Below, in pieces: positions 22,864-30,903 of a stretch of DNA of 36,328 bases (position 1 is the stretch's first letter; the number at the start of each line of letters is the position of its first letter). The DNA is from an uncultured Actinomycetes bacterium (GTDB lineage: Bacteria > Actinomycetota > UBA4738 > HRBIN12). Position numbers and translations under genes: made by a program. The DNA is taken from the NCBI GenBank assembly GCA_964449755.1, contig CAYVCH010000002.1, positions 1-36,328 on the forward strand, read 5' to 3'. Under the pieces are notes generated by a model. The model had not been told where the DNA came from. It saw only the letters and a program-made list of their open reading frames with translations, and did not search any database.

Positions 22864-23360
22864 GCCCCCAGGACGACCTCCTGCCGGCCGAGCGGAGGGT
22901 CCTGGAGCGCCTCGGCCACCTGCCCCTGGACTTCCGGGCCATGGCGGTGACGTCAAACCTGTTCCGGGCCTCCATCGCCATCCGCCGGACCATGGAGCGG
23001 CAGGTCCTTGCCCCCGACCGGCTCTCCTGGACCTCCTTTTCCGTCCTCTGGGTCCTGTGGGTGTGGGGGGAGCTGGAGGCCCGGGACCTGGCCGCCGCCG
23101 TCGGCATCAGCCGGCCCACGAGCACGGGGGTGGTGACGACCCTGGAGCGACGGGGGCTGGTCCGGCGGCGGCGGAGCGAGGCCGACGGGCGCATGGTGCG
23201 GGTCTCCCTCACCGCGGCGGGCCTGGCAAAGATCGAGGACCTGTTCCCCCGGTTCAACGCCGCCGAGACGGCGCTCACGGCCGGCCTGAGCCCCCGACAG
23301 CAGGAGCGACTGGCCGGGCTGCTGCGGGCCCTCCTCCGGGCGGCGGAGGGGCGTCGGTAG
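22860..23360 (+). CDS. MarR-family transcriptional regulator (HpaR-like by context).
   Basis: GTG at 22860 in a GTGA overlap with the decarboxylase stop. The 166-aa product has a winged HTH (LEARDLAAAVGISRPTSTGVVTTLERRGLVRRRRSEADGRMVRVSLT). Confidence 0.8.
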   Translation: MSPQDDLLPAERRVLERLGHLPLDFRAMAVTSNLFRASIAIRRTMERQVLAPDRLSWTSFSVLWVLWVWGELEARDLAAAVGISRPTSTGVVTTLERRGLVRRRRSEADGRMVRVSLTAAGLAKIEDLFPRFNAAETALTAGLSPRQQERLAGLLRALLRAAEGRR

Positions 23361-23383
23361 CCGGCCGACTCGCCTCGGCTGCC

Positions 23384-24640
23384 TCAGGCCGGGGTCACGC
23401 GGACGGGCATGTGCTTGACGCCGTTGATGAAGTTCGAGCGCAGGCGCTCCACGGGCCCGGTGAGCTCGATGTCCGCCAGGCGCGGCAGCAGCTCCTCGAA
23501 CATGACCCTCACCTCCAGGCGGGCCAGGTGGGCACCGAGGCAGATGTGGGGCCCGCCGCTGCCGAAGGCCATCTGGGGGTTCGGGTCCCGGCCCACGTCG
23601 AACCGGAAGGGGTCGGCGAAGACCTCCTCGTCCCGGTTGCCGGAGACGAACCAGACAACCACCTTGTCGCCGCGGCGGATCCGTCTGCCTCCCAGCTCGA
23701 CGTCCCGGGTGGCGGTGCGGCGGAAGTGCATGGTCGGGGAGGACCACCGCAGGATCTCCTCGATGGCGAGGGGCATGAGGGAGGGGTCCCGGCGGAGCCG
23801 CTCCCACTGGTCCCGGTGCTCCATCAGGGCGAGCATCCCGTGGCTGATCGCGTGGCGGGTGGTCTCGTTGCCGGCCACCGCGACGAGGCAGAAGAAGTTG
23901 TCGAGCTCCTGCTCGGTGAGGCGCTGCCCCTCGACCTCGGCGTGGACGAGCTTGGTGACGAGGTCGTCCCGGGGCTCCCGGCGCCGCTCCGCGGCCATGG
24001 CGTGGGCGTAGGCCATCATGTCGAGGGCGGCGGGGCTCCGGAAGGGGAGCAGGCGGTAGTCGCTCGTGTCCTCCTTGTCGATCACCGCCCGGGAGTACTC
24101 CGGGTCGGCCTGGGCGATCATGGCGTCGCCCCACTCGATGATCTGGGGGGTGTCCTCCTCGGGAACGCCCATGATCCGGGCGAGGATGCGGATGGGCAGC
24201 TCCCGGGAGACCTCCTCGACGAAGTCGAACTCCTCCTTGGGCAGGGCGTGGTCGAGGACCCGGCGGGCCAGCTCCCGGCAGAACCCCTCGTAGCGGGCGA
24301 CGGCGGAGCGGGTGAACAGGGGGCTCACGATCTTCCGGAGCCTGGTGTGCCTGGGGGGGTCCATGTCGATCATGGACCGGCGGGCCTCCACCTCCTCGGG
24401 GGTCTGCTCCTCCAGGGTGATGCCCTGCGCCGAGGAGAAGGTGGCGGTGTCCTTCAGGACCCCCTCGATGTCCCGGAACCGCGTGACGGCCCAGAAGCCG
24501 TGGTTAGGCGGGGGCTCCTCCTGCCAGTGGACGGGGTCGTGTCGGCGCAGGAGGGTGAAGGCCCAGTGGGGAACCTCCTCCACGAAGAAGTCGTGGCTCC
24601 AGAGCTGGATGTCCTCGAGACGGCCGGCGGCGACGTGCAT
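23384..24640 (-). CDS. Cytochrome P450 monooxygenase.
   Basis: ATG at 24640 (cat 24638-24640) after GGGAGGGAG. The 418-aa product has the I-helix AGNETT, the ExxR motif EEILRW and the heme loop FGSGGPHICLGAHLA. The upstream part of track ORF 23384..25168 is an over-extension. Confidence 0.9.
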   Translation of the reverse strand: MHVAAGRLEDIQLWSHDFFVEEVPHWAFTLLRRHDPVHWQEEPPPNHGFWAVTRFRDIEGVLKDTATFSSAQGITLEEQTPEEVEARRSMIDMDPPRHTRLRKIVSPLFTRSAVARYEGFCRELARRVLDHALPKEEFDFVEEVSRELPIRILARIMGVPEEDTPQIIEWGDAMIAQADPEYSRAVIDKEDTSDYRLLPFRSPAALDMMAYAHAMAAERRREPRDDLVTKLVHAEVEGQRLTEQELDNFFCLVAVAGNETTRHAISHGMLALMEHRDQWERLRRDPSLMPLAIEEILRWSSPTMHFRRTATRDVELGGRRIRRGDKVVVWFVSGNRDEEVFADPFRFDVGRDPNPQMAFGSGGPHICLGAHLARLEVRVMFEELLPRLADIELTGPVERLRSNFINGVKHMPVRVTPA

Positions 24641-24665
24641 GGCGCTCCCTCCCGGACGAAGATCT

Positions 24666-24677
24666 TTCGGTACCGAA
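24666..24677. promoter_or_regulatory. Perfect 12-bp palindrome TTCGGTACCGAA in the P450 / AhpD-like divergent gap. Candidate operator.
   Basis: It is self-complementary by direct reading and lies in the AT-enriched 96-bp gap between divergent starts at 24640 and 24737. Confidence 0.5.
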
Positions 24678-24684
24678 GGATATC

Positions 24685-24696
24685 TTGCTACCGAAC
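24685..24696. promoter_or_regulatory. Second, degenerate copy of the operator motif (TTGCTACCGAAC; reverse complement GTTCGGTAGCAA).
   Basis: It shares the TTCGGTAGC core with 18931-18942 and lies 7 nt from the perfect palindrome. Confidence 0.4.
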
Positions 24697-24736
24697 GGTC
24701 GGTCGACGCAAGGTCCGGCCCGGCGCTGGGGAGGTG

Positions 24737-25336
24737 ATGGGAGTGGCCCGCGTGGAACCGCTGAACCGGGAGGACCACCCGGAGCTGGAGGGGCTCTTCC
24801 GGCTCTACGAGGAGACCCTGTCCTTCGTGCCCAACAGCCTGCTCACGATGGCCCGCCGGCCGGAGATCCTGCGGGCCCTCTCCGAGCTGATCACGGCCAT
24901 CTGGCGGACGGGCACGGTGCCGGTGACCCTGAAGCCGCTGGTCGCCCTGGTCGCCAGCTGGGCCGCGGGGTGTCGTTACTGCCAGGCCCACGAGGCGGTG
25001 GATGCGCGGATGCGGGGGGTCCCGGAGGAGAAGGTCGCCGCCGTCTGGGACTTCGAGCGGAGCCCCCTGTACTCGGAGGCCGAGCGGGCGGCCCTGCGCT
25101 TCGCCCGGGACGCCTCCGTGGTGCCGAACGCCGTGACCGAGGCCCACTTCCGGGCGCTCCGACGCCACTTCGACGAGGGAGAGATCGTCGAGATCCTGGC
25201 GGTGGTGGGGCTGTTTGGGTTCCTGAACCGCTGGAACGAGACGATGGCTACGGACCTGGAGGAGGTCCTCCGGGGCCTCGCCGGCCGGGTCCTGGGCTCA
25301 CGGTGGGAGCCCGGGAAGCACGGACCCGGCGGGTGA
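24737..25336 (+). CDS. AhpD-like / carboxymuconolactone decarboxylase family protein (peroxidase-related).
   Basis: ATG at 24737 after GGGGAGG. The 199-aa product has the CxxC motif AAGCRYCQAHE in the usual family context. Confidence 0.8.
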   Translation: MGVARVEPLNREDHPELEGLFRLYEETLSFVPNSLLTMARRPEILRALSELITAIWRTGTVPVTLKPLVALVASWAAGCRYCQAHEAVDARMRGVPEEKVAAVWDFERSPLYSEAERAALRFARDASVVPNAVTEAHFRALRRHFDEGEIVEILAVVGLFGFLNRWNETMATDLEEVLRGLAGRVLGSRWEPGKHGPGG

Positions 25337-25345
25337 GGCGGCCCC

Positions 25346-26647
25346 TCAGAAGAACGGGAGCAGGTAGCCGAGCTCCCAGGGGGTGACCTCGGTGGTGGCG
25401 GGGTCCTCCACGGCCTTCGCGTACTTCTCCCACTCGGCCCGCTTGATCATGGTGAAGGCGGTGACGAGCTCGCCCCCGAGGGCCGACCGGAGGGCCTGGT
25501 CCGCCTCCAGGGCCTCCAGGGCCTGCTCCAGGGTCGGCGGGACCCGACGGTCGGTGTTCGGGGCCTCGCCCACGGGCTGGGGGGGCGGGGGCTCCACCCC
25601 GCCCTCCACCCCCAGGCGGCAGGCGTGGAGGACGGCCGCCCCGACCAGATAGGGGTTGGACGCGGCGTCGGGGACCCGGTACTCCAGGCGGGAGGTGGCG
25701 CCCCGCTCCGGGGAGACCCGGACGGTGACGGTCCGGTCGTCGTGGCCCCAGTTGGCCCAGTAGCCGGCCAGCATGTCCGGCTGCAGCCGCTTGTAGGCGT
25801 TCACGTGGGGGGCGCAGACGGCGGCCAGGGCCTCGTGGTGGGCGAGGAGGCCGCCGATGCACTGCCGGGCCAGGTCCGAGAGCCCGTCGGGGGCGGTCGG
25901 GTCGTCCAGGGCGTTGGACCCGTCGCTCCCGCGGAAGCTCACGTTCAGGTGCAGGCCGCTGCCGCTGCGGTCCCCGAAGGGCTTGCCCAGGAAGGTGAGG
26001 TGGAAGCCCCGGCGGGCGGCCACCTCCCGGGCGAGGACCCGCCACAGGAAGGCGGCGTCGGCGGCGGGGAGGGTCTCGTCGTAGCGCAGGTTGATCTCGA
26101 ACTGGGGAGTGTCGTACTCGCTGCTCCAAGCCTCGATGTCGAAGCCGCTGGCCCGGGAGGTCTCCACCACGTCGTTCACCACGCCGTGGGGGTCGACGGC
26201 CATCCCGGTGCCGTAGACCCGGGCCCCGGGGGTCCGCAGCTCCCGCCAGCCCCCCTGGCCGTCGGGCTCCAGGAGGTAGAACTCGAACTCGTACCCCAGT
26301 TGGGGGGTGAGACCCATGGCCTCCCAGGGGGCCACGGCGCGGCGAAGGACCTCCCTGGGGTCCACGGCCACCGGCCGGCCCCGGAAGCGGGCGTCGGCGA
26401 TGCCGACGACGGTGTCCGGCTCCCACCCGGGTCGGAGGGTCGAGGGGTCCAGGTGGGCCTCCATGTCGGGCAGCCCGACGTCGAACTGCAGGCCCGGCAC
26501 GGGGATGATCTCCCGGTCCAGGGTGAGGGGGTACACGCCGATGCAGAAGTTGGCCCTGGTGGGCTCCTCGCCGTAGACGTACTTGCCCCGGTCGAGGCCG
26601 TGGAGGTCCGCGTAGAGCAGGCGGAGGCGCTCCCCCTTCACCTTCAT
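25346..26647 (-). CDS. Glutamine synthetase family protein (gamma-glutamyl-amine ligase type, PuuA/GlnA-like).
   Basis: 433 aa with GS catalytic-domain motifs (GYEFEFYL, SEYDTPQFEINL, GKPFGDRSGSGLHLNVSF, NAYKRL, VTVRV, RLEYRVPDAASNPYL). Confidence 0.85.
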   Translation of the reverse strand: MKVKGERLRLLYADLHGLDRGKYVYGEEPTRANFCIGVYPLTLDREIIPVPGLQFDVGLPDMEAHLDPSTLRPGWEPDTVVGIADARFRGRPVAVDPREVLRRAVAPWEAMGLTPQLGYEFEFYLLEPDGQGGWRELRTPGARVYGTGMAVDPHGVVNDVVETSRASGFDIEAWSSEYDTPQFEINLRYDETLPAADAAFLWRVLAREVAARRGFHLTFLGKPFGDRSGSGLHLNVSFRGSDGSNALDDPTAPDGLSDLARQCIGGLLAHHEALAAVCAPHVNAYKRLQPDMLAGYWANWGHDDRTVTVRVSPERGATSRLEYRVPDAASNPYLVGAAVLHACRLGVEGGVEPPPPQPVGEAPNTDRRVPPTLEQALEALEADQALRSALGGELVTAFTMIKRAEWEKYAKAVEDPATTEVTPWELGYLLPFF

Positions 26648-26758
26648 GGCTGGCTCCTTCGCTCCCGGACGGTCCTGGCGGCGAGCATAGCGGAGCGGCG
26701 CGGACCTTCGTGCCAGCCGGGCGCAGCCGGCCCGGCGCCGGCCCTGGCCTCCGGGGAC

Positions 26759-27535
26759 TCACGCTGGCTCGAAGCGGGCCTCGTAGCTCGAGACCAGGGA
26801 CTCGATGAACTCGTCCCAGCGCAGGGGGCTGCCCGGAGCGGGCAGATCGCCTACCGCCGCCCCCTCGTCGGGGTCGAACACCACGACGGCGATCCCCTCC
26901 AACAGGTGGGGTGGGTCGCCCTCGGTCTGGCGCCCGCCGGCGCGCTCCAGGCGGGAGATCAGCCTGCCGATCAAGGGCCTGGTGTCACGCCGCGCTTCAG
27001 CCTGCTGCTCGTAGGTCGGGAGCGCGATGACCCCTCCGATCACTGCGAACGGGAACTTCAGGTGCAGGTTTACAGCGAACGTCCGAAGGTCCCCGAACCG
27101 GTTCCAGATAGCCCGGCCCACCGCGAGCAGGACCGGCTTGAGCTCGACCGCGAGGCGGAGCCCGTCGAGGGGATGGACTTCCGACACATCCGCCTTGACC
27201 GTACGCAGGGCCCCTGAGACCGAGGTCTCACCGGCTCGACCGTGCCGAAGGTGGGGGAGCTTCGCCTGGAGCTCGCGCAGCACGACGCGGCCCAGGGCGT
27301 CAGACGTCCGGATCTGTCCGATCTTCTTCTGGCTGGCGGTGAGGGTGGGGGCCAGCCGGACGTATTCGGACACCGCGGTGACGTAGTCCTCGATGGTGGG
27401 CGCAGGGATCGTATCGAGGGCATCGACAGGGGAATGCCTGCTGGGGCGCCGGATGGCGTCATCGCCCGTCACGGGTCGCGGTGGCCGGCATGCCCTGCCC
27501 TGGACGGTGGACCTCGACGCGACCCAGGAGCCCAC
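26759..27535 (-). CDS. Putative type II restriction endonuclease (PD-(D/E)xK-like), partner of the adjacent methyltransferase.
   Basis: 258-aa ORF immediately downstream of the MTase and overlapping it. It has no metabolic-family resemblance. A candidate catalytic motif is HPLDGLRLAVELKPV (D...ExK). GC is lower than in the flanks. The start is uncertain: ATG at 27535 gives a 77-nt overlap, while an in-frame GTG at 27472 gives a 14-nt overlap. Confidence 0.5.
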   Translation of the reverse strand: MGSWVASRSTVQGRACRPPRPVTGDDAIRRPSRHSPVDALDTIPAPTIEDYVTAVSEYVRLAPTLTASQKKIGQIRTSDALGRVVLRELQAKLPHLRHGRAGETSVSGALRTVKADVSEVHPLDGLRLAVELKPVLLAVGRAIWNRFGDLRTFAVNLHLKFPFAVIGGVIALPTYEQQAEARRDTRPLIGRLISRLERAGGRQTEGDPPHLLEGIAVVVFDPDEGAAVGDLPAPGSPLRWDEFIESLVSSYEARFEPA

Positions 27536-28400
27536 CGTGGCTCTGGAGCCTCCGCTCGATGATGTCCACGTACCGCGGCTCCACCTCCACGGAAATCGAG
27601 TGACGGCCCGTCTCCAGGGCGGCCACCGCCGTGGTGCCGGTGCCGGCGAAGGGGTCGAGGACGGTGTCTCCGACGAAGCTGAACATGCGGATCAGCCGGC
27701 GGGGGACCTCCAGCGGGTAGGGCGCGGGATGGTCCCGGCGAAGCTGTCCCGTAATGTCCGTCCACACCGGCGAGAACCAGCGGACGTAGTCGTCGGTGGC
27801 AATGAACGAGCGACGCTCCTGCTCTGGGGAGGGCTTCCGGTAGCCGCCAGGCTTCCTGAGGAAGAGAATGTGCTCGACATCGTTCTTGACGACCCCGTTA
27901 GGGAGGTTCGGCTTTCCCAGGTATCGGCTGGACCGCGACGCCTCCATGCTGATGTTGGCCACCTTGAGCCACCGGATCGGCGTCAGGCAGTCGAACCCGA
28001 TCCGCCGGGCCCGGACCTGGATGTCCGCGGACAGGGGAAGGACGTGGTGCCGTCCTCCCCGCCGGCGCGAGACGCACACATCACCGACCACGCATGCCAC
28101 CCGACCACCGGGCACGAGGGCCCGGAAGCAGTACCTCCAGACCTTGTCGAGCTCGTCGAGGAACGCCTCGTAGGCCTCGATGTTGCCGAGCTGGCCCGGA
28201 TGCTCGGGGTAGCGCTTGAGGGAGCCATAGGGGGGGCTGGTGCACACGAGGTGCACCGACTCCGGCTCGAGCCAGGAGAGGTCGCGAGCGTCTCCCTCGC
28301 GGACGACGTGGGTCGTGATCCCGCCCAGGGCCTGCGTCATCCAGCGGCTCCGCGTCTTCCCTCCGACCTTCGGCCGGAGTCTATCCGGCCCCACCGACAT
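27459..28400 (-). CDS. DNA methyltransferase, beta-class N4/N6 family (SPPY motif, probably N4-cytosine).
   Basis: 313 aa. Motif IV is LVCTSPPYGSLK, and it lies upstream of motif I VLDPFAGTGTTAVAA (order IV then I, so beta class). An alternative start is the ATG at 28340, preceded by GGAG. Confidence 0.88.
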   Translation of the reverse strand: MSVGPDRLRPKVGGKTRSRWMTQALGGITTHVVREGDARDLSWLEPESVHLVCTSPPYGSLKRYPEHPGQLGNIEAYEAFLDELDKVWRYCFRALVPGGRVACVVGDVCVSRRRGGRHHVLPLSADIQVRARRIGFDCLTPIRWLKVANISMEASRSSRYLGKPNLPNGVVKNDVEHILFLRKPGGYRKPSPEQERRSFIATDDYVRWFSPVWTDITGQLRRDHPAPYPLEVPRRLIRMFSFVGDTVLDPFAGTGTTAVAALETGRHSISVEVEPRYVDIIERRLQSHGGLLGRVEVHRPGQGMPATATRDGR

Positions 28401-28421
28401 CCTGTGGGAGGGTTGCCGACC

Positions 28422-29267
28422 TCACCCCCGGCGGGGCGGGCGGATGCCGCGAAGCTCCCAGTCCCCGCCGAGGGCGGTCGAGACCACCTCCTCGGACTCG
28501 CTGGGCTGGGCGCCCACGTCCTCCCGGACCGGCGTCGGCCCCGCCACGATCCGGTTCGTGAGCGCGCCGAGCCCCTCGACCTCGACGGTCACGACGTCCC
28601 CGGGCTGGACGGGCCGGGAGTTCGCCGGGGTCCCGGAGAGGATCACGTCCCCGGGCAGCAGCGTGATGGTCCGGGCGATGTCGGCGACCAGGTAGCCCAC
28701 CTCCCAGACCATCTCGTTGGTGGACCCGTCCTGGCGGACCTCGCCGTTCACGTAGGTCCGGATCCGCTTGCCCCGGGGGTCCCAGTCGTCCACGATCCCC
28801 GGGCCCAGCGGGCAGAGGGTGTCCGACCCCTTCGCCCGGAGCATGGACCCGGCGTCGGTGTCGCGGAAGTCGTGGAGGCCGAAGTCGTTGGCGATGGTGT
28901 AGCCGGCGATGCGCTCGTAGGCCTCCTCGACCGAGACGTTCCGGGTCGGTGCCCCGATCACGACCGCGACCTCGCCCTCGTAGTTCAGGTAGCGGCACCG
29001 GTCGGGCCGCACCACCGTCCCCATGTGCGCGTTGAGCGACGAGACCGGCTTGTGGAAGTAGGTGGGGGCGGGCCCGAGCCTCGCGCCGAACTCCTCCACC
29101 CGGCTCCGGTAGTTCAGGTGGACGCAGATGATCTTCGTGGGCTCGCAGGGCGGGAGGTGGATCGCCTCCTCGGCCCGCACCCGGCGCCCGTCGCCCGCCA
29201 CGAGCCACTCGCCGTCCCGCACCACGGGGGTGACGGCCCCGTCCAGCAGGATCCTCCGCCGCTCCAT
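28422..29267 (-). CDS. Fumarylacetoacetate hydrolase (FAH) family protein, HpaG-like isomerase/decarboxylase.
   Basis: 281 aa with RBS GGGGAGGG. FAH-fold motifs: KIICVHLNY, LNYEGEVAVVIG, GYTIANDFGLHD, LLPGDVILSGTP. Confidence 0.88.
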   Translation of the reverse strand: MERRRILLDGAVTPVVRDGEWLVAGDGRRVRAEEAIHLPPCEPTKIICVHLNYRSRVEEFGARLGPAPTYFHKPVSSLNAHMGTVVRPDRCRYLNYEGEVAVVIGAPTRNVSVEEAYERIAGYTIANDFGLHDFRDTDAGSMLRAKGSDTLCPLGPGIVDDWDPRGKRIRTYVNGEVRQDGSTNEMVWEVGYLVADIARTITLLPGDVILSGTPANSRPVQPGDVVTVEVEGLGALTNRIVAGPTPVREDVGAQPSESEEVVSTALGGDWELRGIRPPRRG

Positions 29268-29302
29268 GTCCCTCCCCTGCGCCTTCTTCGCCCCCCGGTA
29301 GT

Positions 29303-30124
29303 ATGCGGGCCGTGGCGGAGCTCCGCGGCTTCATGATGCCCCGATCCCCGGAGGGGCGAGCCTCGATCGTGCCCGAGCCCCCCTGGCACTACTCCGGCGA
29401 CCTCCTCACCGTGGAGTACCGGACCGACCCGGCGCGGGTGGCGGAGCTGCTCCCGGATCCCCTCGAGCCCGCCGAGGAGGACCCGGGCGCCGTGGCGGTG
29501 GTCTTCGCCGACTGGCAGTCCTGCTCTGACAGCTTCGAGGAGCTGCTCGATCCCGTCCGGGCCCAGTACCGGGAGTGCTTCGTGGTCGTCCGTTGCCGCT
29601 ACCGGGGGGAGACCTACTCCCGCTGCGTGTACATCTGGGTGGACAAGGACTTCGCCCTGGCCCGGGGCTGGCACCAGGGCTACCCGAAGAAGCTGGGGTC
29701 CATCTGGATGACCCGTCCGGTGGCGGTGGGGAAGGCCGGGCCCCGCCTCGCCCCCGGGGGACGCTTCGGCGCCACCCTGGCCGCCGGGGACCGGCGGCTC
29801 ATCGAGGTCCGGTTCACCATCACCGGGCCGTCGGAGACGGCGGGCTTCGTGAACGCCCGACCCATGCTCCACCACCGGTTCTTCCCCTCCATCGAGACGG
29901 GGTCGCCGCCGGCCCTGCACGAGCTGGTGACCATGCGCAGCCACGACGTGGAGGTCTCGGAGGCCTGGACCGGGGAGGCGGAACTCCGGCTGTTCGAGTC
30001 GCCCACCGAGGAGCTCTCGCGCCTGGCTCCCCGGGAGATGATCGCCGGCTACTGGCGGAGCGTGGGCGCCACCTGGCGCACGGGCACCCTCCTCGCCGGC
30101 GGGCAGGAGGAGCCCGTGCGGTAG
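29303..30124 (+). CDS. Acetoacetate decarboxylase (ADC) family protein.
   Basis: 273 aa with the ADC-family N-terminus GFMMPRSPEGRASIVPEPPWHYSGDLLTVEY. The Lys-containing segment is ARGWHQGYPKKLG. The start could instead be the ATG at 29333. Confidence 0.8.
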   Translation: MRAVAELRGFMMPRSPEGRASIVPEPPWHYSGDLLTVEYRTDPARVAELLPDPLEPAEEDPGAVAVVFADWQSCSDSFEELLDPVRAQYRECFVVVRCRYRGETYSRCVYIWVDKDFALARGWHQGYPKKLGSIWMTRPVAVGKAGPRLAPGGRFGATLAAGDRRLIEVRFTITGPSETAGFVNARPMLHHRFFPSIETGSPPALHELVTMRSHDVEVSEAWTGEAELRLFESPTEELSRLAPREMIAGYWRSVGATWRTGTLLAGGQEEPVR

Positions 30125-30135
30125 CCTGGCCGCCG

Positions 30136-30903
30136 ATGAGGCTGGTCCGGTTCCGCCACGACGAGCGCATCGCCACGGGGGTGCTGGACGACGATCGCGT
30201 CCGGGTCCTCCGGGGCACCTTCTTCCAGGACCCCGTCCCCACGGGCGAGGAGGTGCCCCTCTCAACCGTCCGGCTCCTGGCCCCCGTCCTTCCCTCCAAG
30301 GTGGTGGCGGTGGGGAAGAACTACCCCCTGCACGCCGCCGAGTTCGGCAGCGAGGTCCCCGAGGAGCCGTTGGTGTTCCTCAAGCCCTCCACCTCGGTCA
30401 TCGGCCCGGGGGACCGGATCCCCCTTCCCTCCATCAGCCGGCGGGTGGACTACGAGGGCGAGCTGGCCGCCGTGGTGGGGCGGGTGGCCCGGGGCGTCCG
30501 GGCCGAGGACGCCTCCCGCTACCTCCTGGGCTACACCTGCGGCAACGACGTCACCCTCCGGGACCTGCAGGCCCGGGACGGGCAGTGGACTCGGGCCAAG
30601 GGCTTCGACGGGTCCTGTCCCCTGGGTCCCTGGATCGAGACGGACCTCGACCCCGGGGACCTCCTCCTCGAGACCCGGGTGAACGGGGAGGTCCGCCAGC
30701 AGGCCCGGACCTCGGAGATGGCCTTCGGGGTGGCCACCTTGCTGGAGTTCGTCACGGCCTTCATGACCATGCTCCCCGGGGACGTGATCCTCACCGGGAC
30801 CCCCGAGGGGGTGGGCAGGCTCGAGCCCGGCGACCTGGTGGAGGTCGAGGTGGAGGGCATCGGGGTCCTGGCCAACCCGGTGGGCGGGGAGTGGGCGTCG
30901 TGA
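30136..30903 (+). CDS. FAH family protein (2-keto-4-pentenoate hydratase / 2-hydroxyhepta-2,4-dienedioate isomerase-like).
   Basis: 255 aa with KVVAVGKNY, VDYEGELAAVVG, GYTCGNDVTLRD and MLPGDVILTGTPEG. Its stop overlaps the gltX start. An FAH-gltX pair is a conserved actinobacterial arrangement (for example Rv2993c-gltS in M. tuberculosis, from memory). Confidence 0.88.
   Translation: MRLVRFRHDERIATGVLDDDRVRVLRGTFFQDPVPTGEEVPLSTVRLLAPVLPSKVVAVGKNYPLHAAEFGSEVPEEPLVFLKPSTSVIGPGDRIPLPSISRRVDYEGELAAVVGRVARGVRAEDASRYLLGYTCGNDVTLRDLQARDGQWTRAKGFDGSCPLGPWIETDLDPGDLLLETRVNGEVRQQARTSEMAFGVATLLEFVTAFMTMLPGDVILTGTPEGVGRLEPGDLVEVEVEGIGVLANPVGGEWAS

Noticed and set aside
26648-28421. Calling the R-M region a mobile genetic element or genomic island with defined ends.
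   Set aside because: I could find no integrase, transposase, recombinase, or flanking inverted or direct repeats. The tRNA in the window is 7.5 kb away and is not adjacent. Only the compositional dip and the gene content support horizontal origin.
30136-30903. Assigning the second FAH gene to the homoprotocatechuate pathway as a split HpaG half.
   Set aside because: Its stop overlaps gltX, and an FAH-gltX pair is a conserved housekeeping arrangement in actinobacteria. Pathway membership is therefore not supported by context alone.
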